Origin: Euglena gracilis
Taxonomy: Eukaryota
Length of the DNA stretch: 64,000 bases
Direction of reading: 5' to 3'
Assembly: GCA_039621445.1 (NCBI GenBank)
Contig: CP154954.1
Coordinates: forward strand, 13,682,387 to 13,746,386
The notes under the pieces were generated by a model. The model ran no database searches, was not told where the DNA came from, and saw nothing but the letters and a program-made list of their open reading frames with translations. Of the stretch, positions 23,799 through 39,175 are shown one piece after another; position 1 is the stretch's first letter, and every line of letters starts with the position of its first letter. Made by a program: the position numbers and the translations under genes.

Positions 23799-24943
23799 TG
23801 TCTAATTCATATGGGCAGTGTCTGTGACCTGCCTGTGGAGACCTGCCAAAGGGCAAGCAAATGGAGAAGGGATTTGTTGTTCATGCCCCCCATCGTGGTC
23901 TCTGGAATTAGTTAACCCCTTTATGACCTCGCTTCGGCTCTCCTGGAGTGGCGGTGCATCCAGGGTCTACCTGGTCGCTTGGGTGGTTTATGAATCTATG
24001 GCGCGTCCTTTGGAACAGCGCCCTTCCTCCACCCCCCAAGGGGCTACCTGCAACGCACACGGTCTCTTCCAGACCCCCCCCCCCCCGCTGCCGCACGCGA
24101 ATGTGTGGCCGGCCCTCCCCCTCGTTTCGAAACCAGAGGCCTGGCTCTCAGCCGCCGCACTGTCTGGCGTGGGCCCCCTGCGCCGCCCTCTCTCCGTTGG
24201 GGACCTCAGGAGGCCCGGCCCTCCCCCTCGCCACAAACCCCGTTGGCTGGGCTGCCACCCGGTTGGGGGGGCCGATTGCGCGGGGGGGGGGGTCCGGAGC
24301 GCTCAGCCCCGCCCGAGACGAACGTTGCCTGACACAGCGGTTGGCTTCGCAACACCGCTTTGCGTTGGTGTTGTGTCGAAGCAAGCCCTGTCCAAGCACC
24401 AGCACCAGGCACTTGGACGGGGTCTTTGTTTATCTATTACCTCTGGTTCTTGGCCCGTATTTTGGCGAAAGCGGCACCCCCGGTTCTTTTCCATCTTTTC
24501 CAGTTCTTAAACAAGGGGGAGGTACGTGGTATTCCTTTTCTCCAGTGCATCCATTTTCCTGTCGTGGAGGGCAAGCACCTCCAGCCGCAAATCTCGACAA
24601 TCCTCCCCCCCCCATTCGAGACACACACATCGCTGCTGTTCCCTGGCCCATTTCCCTCTGCCCCACCCTGCCCACCCCACAGACACCTCCGCTGCCATTG
24701 TCGTCACACCAATGCCATGCCGTCAGAGCCCCTCCAAACGTTCAAGCGGACAACGGAATGGAAAAGAGCGGGTGTAAAAGCCTTTAGACAACGTCACAGA
24801 ACTTGAAAGGAAGGCGTGCTGTCTACAGTTCAAGTCCAAAAGTTGGCTAGTGACCATGCCGTGTTGGCGACTCTTGCAAAGGTGCCTCGATGGAGAGCCC
24901 CCTGCCCCCAAAACACTTTGGGAGATTTTGCCATTCCAAACAG

Positions 24944-25075
<132 letters not shown>

Positions 25076-28000
25076 TTGCGCGCGTGGTTGTGTGTGTTTT
25101 GCTGCGTTGGGTTTCTGCCCATTGCCTTCCACGGGCTGCGTGGAATAACACCGGCCTGTGTATTTAACACAAGTATTCCGAGCATTCATCCCACATTGGG
25201 GCGTCTACTGCACAGGGGCGACTGTGTGATTGCTTTTTCAAGCCTGGCCGTGCAGGACATTTCGGGAACGGTCGACACCCCTGACGTAGCACAGAGCAGA
25301 ATTTTTGGGCTTTTGAGTGTTGGAAAAAGGTCCGCGGTGTCGATCAGAGAATGTGCTTTGCCAAAAACAACAATCAGCTTAGGGGTTCAGAGGCAGAGTG
25401 GGTGGACCCATGCTGATCTCCCCTGGATGCGGGGCAGTGGTGTGTTTTGTGCTCTGTCGGGGAGGATGCCCCCCCCATTCTCCCTGCAAAGCGCCAACGT
25501 TTTTTTGGATCGTCCCTGGCCCCCGAGGGGGGTGGGAGGGGGGCGGGTGCTGTGCCGTGAGGATGGCTTCATTCCGTCGTCCGCTGGCCGCCTGGTGCTG
25601 TGCGACCGGAGTCCTATCCCGGTCTCGTGCCAGGATGCCGCCCTGCCCCTCCCCGTGCCGTGCGCAGCAACTCCCGCGTGACTGACCGGGCTGCCTTGTG
25701 GCCCGGATGTGTTCCCGCGGGGCAGGTGGCGCAGGCCGCCCCGCCGTGGCATTGCTGTTGCCCGCGGCTTTCCCGTTAGCGCATGGGTCGAATTTGCAAA
25801 AGTCGGAAATTGCCAAATTCTACGTTGAATGGGAGTTCAGCAAAGGAGACCATTTTGACCTTTTTGATCCTTCTGGGGAAAAAATTGTCGCGTTAGTAAA
25901 TTTTCCATGTGGAACATTAACACAATGCGCCAAAGAAAATTTTGGGCTGGAGAAACTCGGGATTTTGTTTCATTTCCTGGGACAAATCTTGGATGGATGC
26001 TTAGAACACCTGGGAAAAAACACTGTTTATCCAACAGTGTTTCCTCTCGTCCAAGTTTTTTCCCCCTCCCCAGTGCCATTGCTACCTTGATTCCAACATC
26101 GGGAAGACCACAACTGGCGAAGCAAGGCATGGCATCGAGATTCATTCTTGGTAAATTGTTGGATGTATCCTAAGGCAGCACCTAATTTTTCCCCACCAGT
26201 CTACCCACCCCCCCACCCCCCTCCAGGAAACTGTCACCTGTCAGGTTGGCCAGTACCACGGACACTGACAGGTTCTCAGACATGACAGTTTCATGTGGGA
26301 GGGGAGTAATGGTCGTGGGAGGAACACTGTTCAGAAATATCTCGTGGAACCATTTTCTCGAGAATACTCCAACTCCGGAGTGCTTTGGGCCAGCCAATGT
26401 GCTTCCAAAACATATATCTGCTCGCCGAAGGTTGAGTCTGGAGATTCCTGAACTCATTCCTCCCCCCAGCACCCACCCACCCACTTACCAACCTGCCACT
26501 GACCCACCATTTTTGGGGTGTGAGGGCTTGCCTGTTACTCGAATATGGTCCGAAAATCGCCCCTGCTGGGTTCAAATTCAAGTGACCTGCTCCCCCACTC
26601 ACCGCCTTCCGCTGCCACACCCGCCTCCCGTGCCGTTGATTTGCATCCCTCTTTGCCCCCGCCCTTTTCCTTGGCAACCTCCGAACCCTCCCGAAACCAC
26701 TCCCTCTGACCTCCCTGACTAACCATCCCCCCACCCGATACCTGCCTTTGGTTTCAGTGCCTGGCCTTCCGGCGGCTGTGTATGTTTGGTCATTTGGCGC
26801 TACAGTGCCGTGTGATGCAATTTGAACCCCCCGATGGGGCTTTGTCTTTCCTGGCGTGCTGGAGCATGTGGATAGTCATGGGTCTGATGTGCAGAGTCGC
26901 TGACGCCAGAGCTCCCGCGAGGGAGGTCCACCTGCTTATTCACCTCCAACTTTTGATTCCTGATGCTTTCTTATTTTTGATTACTGTTTCATTTTTGATA
27001 TTCTTTTTTTGCCTTTTAAGTGGGCCAACGTGGGCCAAGAATGGGCAGATTTTGCATGTAAGATTTTTTTCTTATTGTGTATTTCTTTTTGGTTGGTTCA
27101 CACCTAACCCAGCCCATGCCACCTGAGACCAGGACTGCACGAGAATTCCTGAACTCCCATAAGTGGTGGGTTCGGGGTCGAGGGAGTCTGGCCAAAAAGT
27201 GACCATAATTGTGCTGTTTTTATGGACCTTTTTGCAGTTTTTCATTTTTTTCGGTACCCAATTCCATTCCAGGTCGGGCCCAGTTCCAGCCCAGGAACCC
27301 CATGGGGGGGGGCAGGAGTTAGCCAGCAACCTTTTCCCGGATCCAAAGATTTCCAGCCTCTAAGCTGGACCCCCCAACCCTGGGGTTATCAACACCCTGC
27401 CTTGGGGTCTGTCAAGCGACGTTTTGATTGCTTTGGTCTGATGCCTTTCATTTGGGCGACCAAAGTTGCCATCAACTGCTAGCTTTTATGTGGTGTTGCC
27501 CAGTGTGCATGCACACTTTCACCATGTTACTCACCAGTCAAGGTTTAATAGCTTAAAAAAAACAAGAGGATCTCAGGAATCGGTTTGCTTTGGATCTCGT
27601 CAAACATTCACAGAATGGCATTCTGTGCGGGTTGAATGCCCAATTATTAAAGAATGAGCTAAAACACCCACCGAAAAGACTGTGGTTTTACATGTTGTGT
27701 ATTTGGTAATGCCCATGGATTCACTTAACACCCATGTGACCGTACTTCCTGGGGGATTTGTGAGTGAAAGGGTGGTTTGGGGCCTCTGGATCCCCCAGGG
27801 GAGGTAACCCCCCCCCCCCCGGGGCTGTTGGTGCCAACTTGGCCAAGACCACCGACCTGGGCAGCAGCGGGGGGGGGGGGGGCTCTTGTCCCCACCCCAA
27901 TGGATCGGCTCTTTGATGTGCCCCAAGATGGCCCTCCGCCATTCCGCCTGCGCCTCACCGCTGGGAGCTTCCCAAACTTTCGTCGCCCCTTCCCACCTCT

Positions 28001-28279
28001 TGGGCACAAATGCAGCCAGCTGAGCAGCCGCCGCCGTAGGCCAGCCATTGCCCCCCCATCCATTATGGCCACCATGCTCTGTGGCAACAACGCTCCCATC
28101 CACCGTGTTTGCCCGGCTGTGCTGTGGAGCCAACGGACCACAACAAACGAGCTAAGAAACAGAGAACAGAAAACCTGTTCATTTGCTGCCCACTCACATG
28201 CAGATAAAGATACAGATACACACGTAGATGACAGTCCCGATGGGGACGTTACGTGTATCACGGACATGTATGTGTGTGT

Positions 28280-28720
<441 letters not shown>

Positions 28721-31540
28721 ATAATAGTATACATAACGTATCTGTGCACAGATGTACATATGCATACACCTATACATGTTTTACACGTTTATCCACCCAA
28801 GGGGCAACAGATAACAAAAACACCCTGCTAAACTCGTTCACTGGGGATTCTGCGCAGTCAGGCGGGCCAAAGACAGCCCTAGCGATGGTGTCGCTTGGCG
28901 CAGCGATAGATTCCCCCGCCAAGTTAGCAACCACCCGAACCTCCCGCACTGCTGTTACCACGCTTGGGGATACTTATCCGTTTCGCTGCTGGCACGAATG
29001 GTGTTCCGTTCACCGCAATACTCAAGTGGTACACTTTCCAACCCCGTCCAGGAGATTGTCACCCCCGGGAAAGTGGGTGATATTTTGTATCGCTATCACC
29101 AAAAAACTTTTGTTTATCACGTGAAAGCAGAAGGAAAATGCATGTATTTTCCCATTTTCTCTGTATTTGCCAGTTTTTGTTTTAGTGCTTTTCCCCCTCA
29201 TTTTTTGAGTTTTGTTGAAAAATGTTTTCCAGAATAAAATTTTGCACATTTTGGATTTGATTTGTCCCCTGGCACCCAGGTTTCTGCCATGTTTATACTT
29301 TGGGTTTCAGGGCTAATTTTTTTGATTGTCTAAGCAGAACGCCATGCTGATTATTTAGTAAAGTGGGAGCAATATTATAATCGCTCATGTGTTGGAATTT
29401 TAGTAGTAGGGAATCTGCCAAGGGAAATAAAGATGCATTCCTTTGTCCTTGTCGCATTTTTTTTTGAGCTGCTTTGCAGAATTTTTCCAGCAGATTTCAA
29501 AAAATCACCAAGAAAACAAGAATGAAGTTTTTTTTTTTGTGTTTCCCCCCCAACTTTTAGCCAGCAAATTACATGGTTTTAGAATCTCCAAAACCTTGAT
29601 GGTTATGTTTTTTAAGGAGTTTTTGAGGCAAAATTTTTGTGACAGCTATCGAATTTGTGCTTAAATTATTTCTTGTCAGTCAACTGGGTCCAGATTCATC
29701 CTCTTGTATATTGACCTGTTGAGATCTCTCTTCACTGAGACACACAATATTCCTCTGAGAGTCACCGTGAAGTCCTTGCCTCGGTTTGAGTTGGACCTCC
29801 TCCGTGCTCTTCCACCAATGGTTTGTGTTTGGGCGCCCTCCCCTCCGGGATGGCAGACCGTTTTACTTTTGGAAGGCTGGCCCTGTGTTACCTTGGGTTT
29901 GTCGTTCAGCAGAGGACTCCGCTCACCCTCCAACTGTTATTAATGCATTAATTTGGCACCCTGCATAATCGCAGGGGGCCCAATGTCGAGTATCAAAGTT
30001 TGGTGTGCAAAGTGTTCAAGCTGTCATCCCAGAACAGCTTGCAATTTTGCCCCCTCCCCACCTAATTTTCAGGCTTCCAATGCCTTTGCGACCAAGGAAA
30101 CTTAGGGATGCACCTACATGGGGGTTTCTTTAAAGTCTGTTGGCCTAATCCCCCCATCCCATCCCTAAGCTCATTGACGGCACTGACCCTGCAAGCCCGG
30201 TTGTTGCATTTTTCCGCCCAGCTGGAATCAAAGTGTTTATTTCAATTTAGTTTTGTTTTTTATACAATTTTTATGATTTATTTTGAAGTATTTATTTTTG
30301 GTGTACTTCTGGTTTATTTTGATTTATTTCGCTTTATTTTGGTATATATATTTTTATTTTTTTGAGGAGCGGACACCCCACGGTATTCCGCCACTCCTCG
30401 GTGGGTTTGGTCGTTTGGCCGCCGACTGTCCTCCCCGCCAGCCCCGGTGTGCAGGTCCACCGGAGGGGGCGGACGTGCCCCGACAAGCCATCGGCCCCGC
30501 GACTATTCGTTCGCTCTGTGTGGCTGCGGACCGCTTTATTGTGCCCCGCTGCATCCTTGGAGGCTCTCTCTGTGGGCCCTTGGCCATGGCCCTCTGCGTG
30601 CAGTCAACCCAGCGCCTGCCCAGGAATTTGGTTGGTGCCGACAATTATACCCGGCAGTGTATTTTGTCCAGAACTGTTTGGGACAGTTGAGGCTGAGCCC
30701 CAAACCAAACTTGCCACTTTTTCTTTTTGAAAATTTGCAGGTCCGCTTGCACAGTTGCACACAGGTGAACTACTTACACAATTGTGCGAACGGGCCGACG
30801 ATGTATTTGCACAATTGTCCGAAGATTTCCACGTGTTAAATTATTAGACTTCCTTCCTGTATGTGCCCCCTGTCCTTTCTCCACAGTTTTTTTTTTACGC
30901 AGGCACACTGGCACGGGGAGATCAGCATGACAGGATTCCCTGGGTTGAGCCGGACCAAGCCCCTTCTCCGCCTGGTCACTGGCCCCCGCTTCGTTCCCTC
31001 CCCCCACGCAGGCCATGTCGGCCGCGGGACGGCCACTGGGTTGCCCCCAACCTAGTGCTGGCTAGCTGGCCGGCAGGAGTGGGTTGGGGGTGGGGGTGGG
31101 GGCTGTGGTTTGAGGGGCAGGCCTTTCCCACTGCAGGCCTCCCCTTTTTTTTGTCCCAACTTGACCAGGGGGTGCATGCCTTCAGATCCAGGGCATCCCT
31201 CCCTTCTGGGAGAAGTACCCCGTTGCAAAGCCGCATGCCGCACCACACAACTCCAAGCCGGCTGGTATGGGAGGTGCTTTGTCTGTTTTTGAATCTCACA
31301 CGTGCCATCCTGTGGTTGGTGGAGGCGGATAAAGTGTGAAGGCTGGCAGAGCAAAACCTGGATTTAGTCAGAATCAGATTTGCACAATTGGGCAACTTCC
31401 CTTAACCAGCTTCCCTGCCAAATTGCCACCCCCAAAGTCCCAAAGTCCCAACACCTGGCTCCAAAACTGAGACATGATGGTAGGAAGTGCAGACCACGTA
31501 TCACCTTGCTTTCCCGGGGGGGGTAGGTATGTCCAACGAC

Positions 31541-31921
31541 TCCCCTATGTCCAATGATCCCCGGTCAGAGGACAACTTTTCGGAGGTTAGGCCAAATTTT
31601 GGTCCCGGCGCGAAGGGTTGGGCCGAAAATTTTTGCGCCCAAAATCTGCCAAAATTGACCAAAATGCCGTCTTTTGGCATTTTTTGAGCAAATTTTTGTT
31701 AAAGTTGCCCAAAAATTTTGGCGCAAAGCGCCTGAAGGAAAATTTTGGCCTTTTTGGGCGGGTGGGGTACCGGGTACCCGCCAATTTTTTTTGACCCCTT
31801 GTCCCCCCCCCCCCCCCCCCCCCCGGTCGGAGGACACCTTTCTGGTCACAACCCTATGTCCAACAACCCCCCCCCCCCCCGGTCGGAAGACAGAGGTTAC
31901 CGCTCGTTGGACATGGGGGGA
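31541..31921. mobile_element. TIR element (MITE)
   Basis: TCCCCTATGTCCAATGA ... TCGTTGGACATGGGGGGA inverted termini; same family style as 17063-18079. Confidence 0.55.
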
Positions 31922-34900
31922 ATGAAAGAAAAGTCAAAATGTGGTGGATGAATAATGGAAATAACATAAAAATAAGTGAGATTATAGTACTATACAAAAT
32001 TAGTACAAATACTGAAATAAAAAAAAAATGAAAAAAATGATCCCAAAATGGGCTGAAGAGTCCCATCTTCAGGATTTTATTTCAGGAAGCTGGACATGTC
32101 TTTTGCTCCCCCACCATTTTTCATTTCATTTTTTTTGAAATTAAATCGATTTAAAATCAATTTTTTAATCAATAATCGCCGAAAATGGTTTCAGCCGAAA
32201 GCCTGCGGCACCGTTGATGGACCCAAGTCCAAAAAAAAACAACCAACCGTGTAACAACAAAAACTGGGCCCAAGCGGTGCGTGTTGGAAATCTCTCCTGT
32301 GCGCACGAGAAATAAAAATTCCCAATGGCAAAACTACGGCCCTTGGACCATCCAAGTTTGAGTTCCCCCAACTCCGGATTTTTTATTTTGGGTCGGTAGT
32401 CGGTTCATGCCAAGACTCCATGATTCGCCAAAATGGCCCTGTCTAGGGCGTTTTGGACCCCTCCTTCCCCCCGGGTTAGCTTCGCCCTCACCCATAAAAG
32501 GATAACCCTTAGCGGCTCCCTGCCTCCCTTCCCATAAAACAGCTGAACTTAAAATTTTGGTAAAATTCTTCAATGCAAAATTTGGATGTGCAATTGTTCG
32601 CAGTGGCGGGGGCTCCCCTTCTTGAACCCCTTAAAACCTAAAATAACAGGCTCCATGAAATTCACAAATACCCCCTTTCCACCCCTCACCCCCCTGTCAT
32701 TGCAATATGTGCCAAACGCCCAACGGTTTATTTGTAGTGTGGTCAACCAGGCACAGATACCTAAAGATATCATTGAAAATTATAAAAAGATATCAATAAT
32801 AAAAGAAAGATATCATTGAGCACAGCCCAATAACTGGTTCATAAACATGGGTCGTTGAGAGGAGTAAGGACCAGTGATATGGAGCCCCACAGCAAACCCC
32901 CGTTTTGACTTTTTGAATATTTGTTGGATCATTGACATAATCGCACAAAATCGCCCCGTGGGGTTGCCCACTGGAACTGGTTTTGGCCTGGGTCGAGATG
33001 GAACCAAAAAACAAATGAAACTGCAAAAGGGCCCCAGAATCAGCGCATTGTCATGATCCTTGGCCCCCCCAAAAGAGCCAGGCAGCCCATTTTCTGTACT
33101 GTCAAGCCCCCCTTGAACTGGCGTCGTTTGAAAAGTTATTGGCCAGTCCAAGGGTATTGAGGCAGTGTCCCCCAGAAGAGACACCTCCCCCCTCCTGTAA
33201 TGTCAAGATATTACGCAATGGCTGCACCATCCCCCCCCCCCCGCAGCCGTCCAGTGGTCTTTCCACTTCACAGACGCCTTTCTGTTGGTAACTGGGCTGG
33301 GGCTGACACAGTCCAGCTGTTTTTTTTTTGCCGCAAAACGGGGGCCCCCTCCCCTCCGACCTGTCGGTGTGCCGTGCCCCGCCCCGCCTCCACCCGTCAG
33401 TCTGCAGTGTCCGGGGCGCCGAACCCCCCCCCCCCCCCGGCGGCCGGCAGACTGGCCGGCTGAGTCCCGGGAGAGACTACCTGTCTTCGCCCTCTGGCGT
33501 CTGGTGGTCCTCCTTGACCAGTTAAGGTGATTACCACGCTTGGCCTGGCCTGGCTTTGTGCCCAACCTTCAACTGACCCGCTGGGGGAACCCACACGTGT
33601 ACCCTGACCATGACCTCCAAAATGCGCCTGGCGGGTCAATGACCTCCCTGCCAAAATTAACTTCCATTGTGCCAACTTTTTACAAAGCATTTCGCCCAGA
33701 GTTCATTGGTCCAGGCTGTTGGACCCGAAAGTTGACAACGCAAATTTGTACCTAGGAACCCCTGGCAACCTCCCAACAAGTTGCACACAAAATATGTGTG
33801 CTTGGCCGATAACCAGTAAAACACACAAAAAATCTGCGAAAGTTGCAAAAATACCCCCCCCCCCCGCTGTACCCTCCGCTCTCTGGCCTTAGCCCTGGCT
33901 GGGACGCTCAGCCTGAGGGGAATAATGGGAAAAGACTCAAGTTGAGCCTTTTGACAATTGTTCAGGGCGTTTTATCTTTAGAAGCCTCAAAGAAAATGGA
34001 CGAACAATAACCCTTGCCCCTCAATATGCACCGCATCACACAGATCATCCAACAGGTCATTCATTCCGGTCCAGTAACAGAAACTCCTCCAAAATGGTAC
34101 TTTCTTGGCGCAACTCTAACCGTCAGCTGTCCACTGTCAGTTGTCAGGTAGGATTGTTGGCCCCAATGTTGCCCCCCAATGGCAAACATCATCGTGCCTC
34201 TCTCAGCAAGGAGCCTCCATTCCCCCCATCGCTAGCCTGATGTGTTGGTGCACCCCTGCTCATGTGTGTCTCCCTCCCTCTGTCCTCTGTGGTTGCCCCC
34301 TGCCGCAGACACCCCCCGGTGCCACCTTGGGACTCTACATGGCAGGGTCATTGCCAGTTGTCACCAACTGACTATTTGACCCTGACTATTTGGGGCCTTG
34401 GAGGCTTGGAGACAGGCAGCAGGCGACGAAGGTATGCCCAGTCCAGGCGCTTGTATTGTGTTTTGGTGCTTAGTGCGCCATTTACAAAGCGCTGGTGTGG
34501 GGTTTGGAAATTTCGGGTTTTTGTTTGCACCATTTCATTTCTTGTATACAGAAATATGGACCTGACATACCGTACTATCGCACACAAAGGCCTTGCATTT
34601 GCACCCCTGTTAAATACGCACACAGGCGATCATATTTGCACGTGGATGTGCACGTCCACAACGTGACCCACCACCCACCACTGAAAGTTCACGATTTCGG
34701 GGCTGAGCCATGAAGCACCATTGCCGGCGGCTCATGTTTCAGCAAAGCCACGAGGGGCATGTACATCGCATTTCCACACTTGATTCACATTGCTTTATTT
34801 CAAGGCAGCTGCTTCCCACCAGATGCCAAGTTCCATTTGTGCTTGGGCTGACCCCGCCCACCCATGCATTCAGTCCACCCACCCCCCTGCTTTTGGCGCC

Positions 34901-35306
34901 CTCGTTCCCTCTGCCACCCCACGCGCCCCATGCGGGTGTCCGCGGGGTGTGTGCCCCCCGTGCGTCCCCCACGAGCGGACTCGGTGGCTGCAAAGCCACT
35001 GCGCTGCCCTAACCCGAAGGCTCCAGCCCAGTGCTGCACCACTCCGGTGCCTCTTGGCCCTTCCGGACGCTTTCAGCGGGGACCCACTTTGGCGCCAGCG
35101 CGCTGTCATATTTCCACAGGTGCACACATCCGCACATGACGCTGGTGATGTGTACACATGTACGCTGCATGTACAGGACACATGCATACCCAAGTTATAT
35201 CCCAATGTGCATGCCCAGTACGCATGGGCGTGCACAAACTTCCCGGAGGGGCTTCCCGGACGGGCTGTGTTGTTCCCAAACTGAATTGACTCCCAGCCCT
35301 GCTCTG

Positions 35307-36955
35307 AGATGGTCCCGTAATCCCCCGAGGTCTCAAACAGAGATCGAATGCAAGTGGCCCAATCTCAAGTTGCGGAGTGTGCACATCGGTTGGTTGTGTA
35401 CCTGCATACCCCCGTGATGTTGGCTTTGAAGCTTTAGCCTTCTGGTCTGTTTTTTTTTTGCCTATGTGCAAATGGGCTGCGCATTTTATGCGCAGAAATT
35501 GACCATTGGACGACATCCTTTGTCAGAATAGCTCTTCGGAGTTGAGCAATCCAGGGGGTTGTGTGTCTCTGGCTGTGTTTTCTGTGACACAAGAGGACAC
35601 TACCGGTGGTTGGAATGCCGATGGTTTTCGTACGCACCCCCCCAGGTTGAGACCTTGGGACCTCCCAGCCCCGCCCTATTGGTCTCCCAGGCAGAAGCTG
35701 AGCCCGGGCTTGCTGTTCCCCTAAACTTCTCCCCCACCCCACCGGCGTGGACCCAGACTGACCGGTTTTTGTCCACGGTTTGGTCCACGGGCCTGCATGC
35801 CAAAGATTGGATTCCTGATCCGGCCTTTTTCTGAGACACCGAGGGTGGGAAGTGAGTGACTGGTTTCAAAAGTGACTGCCTGGTCTTTTGAAACGGAAAT
35901 TGACCCCCGGGGGGGGGGGCGGGCTTGGTTTCGCAATGGTGTCGTCCTGCCAAACACAAACGTCTCCGCCCAGCGGTCCTGCCAGCCACCCGGATGCTGC
36001 CTCTGTACATTGTCCTCCCGCCGCCCCCCCCCCCGCCCACCCCTGCCGGTTCAGCCCTGCCACGGCCCCTGCCTCGTTCGCCCCACGGGGGCTTGGCTGT
36101 GTTGCTTTCCTCTGCCTTGCGAATTGGCTGCCCTGCTTGCCATTGCGGGCGTTTTCCTCTACCTTGCGCCTTGGCTTCCTTGCTTGCGATTGCGTGCGCC
36201 ACTTCACCAACTGAGGACATGAACTTCCCCCCTGACGTGAACTGCCCGCCGTACGGTGTGGCAGCGGAAAGGGAGTGTGCTCCGCGCGCGCAGTTCTCAC
36301 AGCTTCTCGGCCCAGTCTCCCTGGTTCAGTCCCTCCTTTTTCTGCGCACAGCGTGGGGTCATCTCACTGGAAAGTTTTGCATCGGGCTTTTCTGTGGATG
36401 GAGGAGTAGGTTTAGTGTGGATGTTTTTCTTTTTGCACTGCCCAGTTGGATTTAATTTAAAAGAAACCCAAATAACACGGCGGAATGCCAAGTTACAAGA
36501 ACCATACATTTATACCCCCTGTCCAGGGTATTTGGGCACTGTTTCCAGTGCCGTTATGAATTGATGCCTCAAAAGGGCTGTCAGGCCAGACCATTCGGGC
36601 TGCGCACACTCTGGGGGTGAGGTCCTGTTTCTTTTGCCGGCTTGTTGTGTCATTTTTTTTTGGCGGGTTCTTTCTTACTGCTTTTTGTTGCCGGAGTTGG
36701 TTGATCATAATCGTCCTTCGAACGACAAAATGAGTTTCACAATGCTGTATTTACTATCTGAAGACGAAGCAAAGCACAACAGTGCATTGCGCACTTTCTT
36801 GCTGCAGTTGGAGAAAAGCGAGAGAGCTGGAGAGTGTCCCTTCAAGCTGTCCGAGACGTGGGCATGCGCTGCTGGGAGGCGCCACCGCCGAGAAGGGGAA
36901 GCAGAAGGTCGCGACAAGCGCTGCGATGGCAGAGGACGACGAGGAGGACGAGGAG
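35307..36955 (+). repeat. Long direct repeat, copy 1
   Basis: Aligns at high identity with 41247-42888, from AGATGGTCC to GACGAGGAG. Confidence 0.95.
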
Positions 36956-37068
36956 GACAGCTCCGGCTCCGCGCAAGACCCCAGTGAGGTCCTGCTTTTC
37001 TTTGCCAGAGTAGGCGGATCATAATCGTCCTTTTGGCACGGTGCTGCAACCAATTGTTCAAGCTGATC

Positions 37069-37985
37069 ATGCAATTTACACACCTGCAAGACGAGACCGA
37101 CAAAGAGGCCTTCGAAGCGGCGTGCAGCAGCCTTTTCTTACAAGAATCGCTTACAACAGCCTTCTTACGAGGTGCGGACGGTACTACCGTGATGGCCGCG
37201 ATTGGGTCAGGTCAGAAGTGGACTGTGGCCGGCTGGGAAACAACCCGCTGTGCCCTTGCAGTACGGAAGCTCACTGGAGTGGCTATGGTGGAGTCTACAC
37301 TACAACCATACTTAGCGGCATACCTTTACAGCTTGGCCCTCACGAAGAACGTCTCGATACCATCACTGGAGCTGAGCGACAAGGCGTCGGACGTGGAATT
37401 CAAGTTGTACGAGAAGTGGACAACGGCGACGACGACGACGACGAGGAGGAGGCAGCGCACGCGGAAGAGGAAGCCCAGGACTTCACCTGACAAACGGCCG
37501 AGGAGGCACTGCCGGGGGACCTGGAGAGGATATGGACACAGGTACAGTCTGGAGGCTTACGTATGGAAGTACGAAGTTTACTGGAACAGATACCAATCTG
37601 GAAGACCCTGAAGTCCAAGGCGGAAGAAAATAATCACCGTCAAGATGGCAAGAGTGGGTTTGACCGCACTCTGCGTGCAGTCCAGCAGAAGCTCTTGAAT
37701 ATCTTACGTATCTTGGCAGCGCTGCACTGCACCTTGCAAGCAGCCCCTGAGGACGTATTGGGTTTGAGCCAACAGCTATTTGCATATGTGGCTGCCTGTG
37801 AAGGGGACATTGTCAAGGAGAGGAAGAGGAGGAGCATACCTCAAACCAAACAACCAGGAAATGGCCTATTCACCCCTGATGACATCAAACTGGCCAAAGC
37901 ACAAGCTGGCATCAACAAAGAGGGTATCAGTCCCCCCTTCATGGGTGAATTCCCCAAGTGGCATTTTCCCACCCCCCACAGGTAG
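37069..37985 (+). pseudogene. DIRS gag-like ORF (frameshift and stop)
   Basis: MQFTHLQDETDK...acidic tract...LLEQIPIWKTLKSKAEENNH...QQKLLNILRIL; homologous to 42712-43251; overlaps the RT ORF start. Confidence 0.6.
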
Positions 37986-39175
37986 AAAAGGGTGGAAATT
38001 CAAGCAATGGCCAACAGCTTGGCAGGCGAGACCATGGAGGTCTGCCCCCAAAGGGAAAGGCAAGTCCAAAGGAGGAAAATGGTTTGCCAACCACCTTTCC
38101 TGGAAGTATTGCTCCTTTCTTTTCAGATCAGAACTCCTCAAGTTCCAACAGGTCATTGTTTTCTCCAGAGTTGGGCATTGTGCCAGAAACTCAACAATCA
38201 CTGAGGGGCAGAAGCCAAGACATTTGCAGTCTGTGGGAAGCTGCATACTTGAGATCTGTGCAGCAGATCACCGAGGTGCTGCTGCTGACAGAGGAGCACT
38301 TTCTGCGAGTGCCTCTGTTTCAGAGACTTCAGACCCAGTTGCCATGGTGGCAGAAAGTTGCCCCCACAAGGGTGTTGCAACTCATCACACAGGGGGTAAC
38401 CCCCCCTTGGGAGTCACGCCCCTCCCTCAGCACATTTTCTATACCAAAATCAGAGATGGAAATTCAAAAGGCAAAAAGTATTTTAAAAGACTATTTCCAA
38501 GCAGCAGCCATAAGACCAGTCCCCTGGAAAGGTACCCAACACATCGTCCCTTGGTTTGTAATCTACAAACAGGAGCCTCGGGAAGAAAAACATCGTTTAA
38601 TAAGCGATTGTCGCCAACTAAACCACAATTTTCTCCCCCACCCTTTCAAACTGGACAACATCCAGGTCATCTTCAGGCACCTAAAGAAAGGACAATGGGG
38701 AGCAAAAATCGACCTAAAGGACGCCTACTTTCATTTAACGTTGAACCCAACCCTAAGACCCTACATGAGGATAACTCTGGGGGAAACATGCTGGGAGTTC
38801 CAGGCAGCTTGTTTTGGTTTAAATGTGCTGCCAGAAAAATTCATGAGCCTCATGAAGTGCCTGGAAAAACGCTGGAGGGCCAAAGGCCTTTTATGCTTTG
38901 TGTACCTGGACGACATGCTCCTGCTGGGGGACAGCCAGAAGCAAGTGAGTCATGCTGGCAGATTTACTGCAGGGGGGTTTCAAAATCAACAGCAAAAAAA
39001 AAACAATCTTTCAACCCACCAAAATCTCCCACATTTGGTGTTCCACCTCAACCTGGCACAGGGATTGTTGCAGTTGGGGGCAGAAAAGCTAAAGATGCTC
39101 AGGAGGGAACTGGGAAAATTCGTCAAACACCAGTCCCTCAGTTGCAGAAAGATGGCCTCAATTTGGGGTGCATAA
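37958..39175 (+). pseudogene. DIRS-type reverse transcriptase
   Basis: KHRLISDCRQLN, AKIDLKDAYFH, FGLNVLPEKF, YLDDMLLL. Confidence 0.9.
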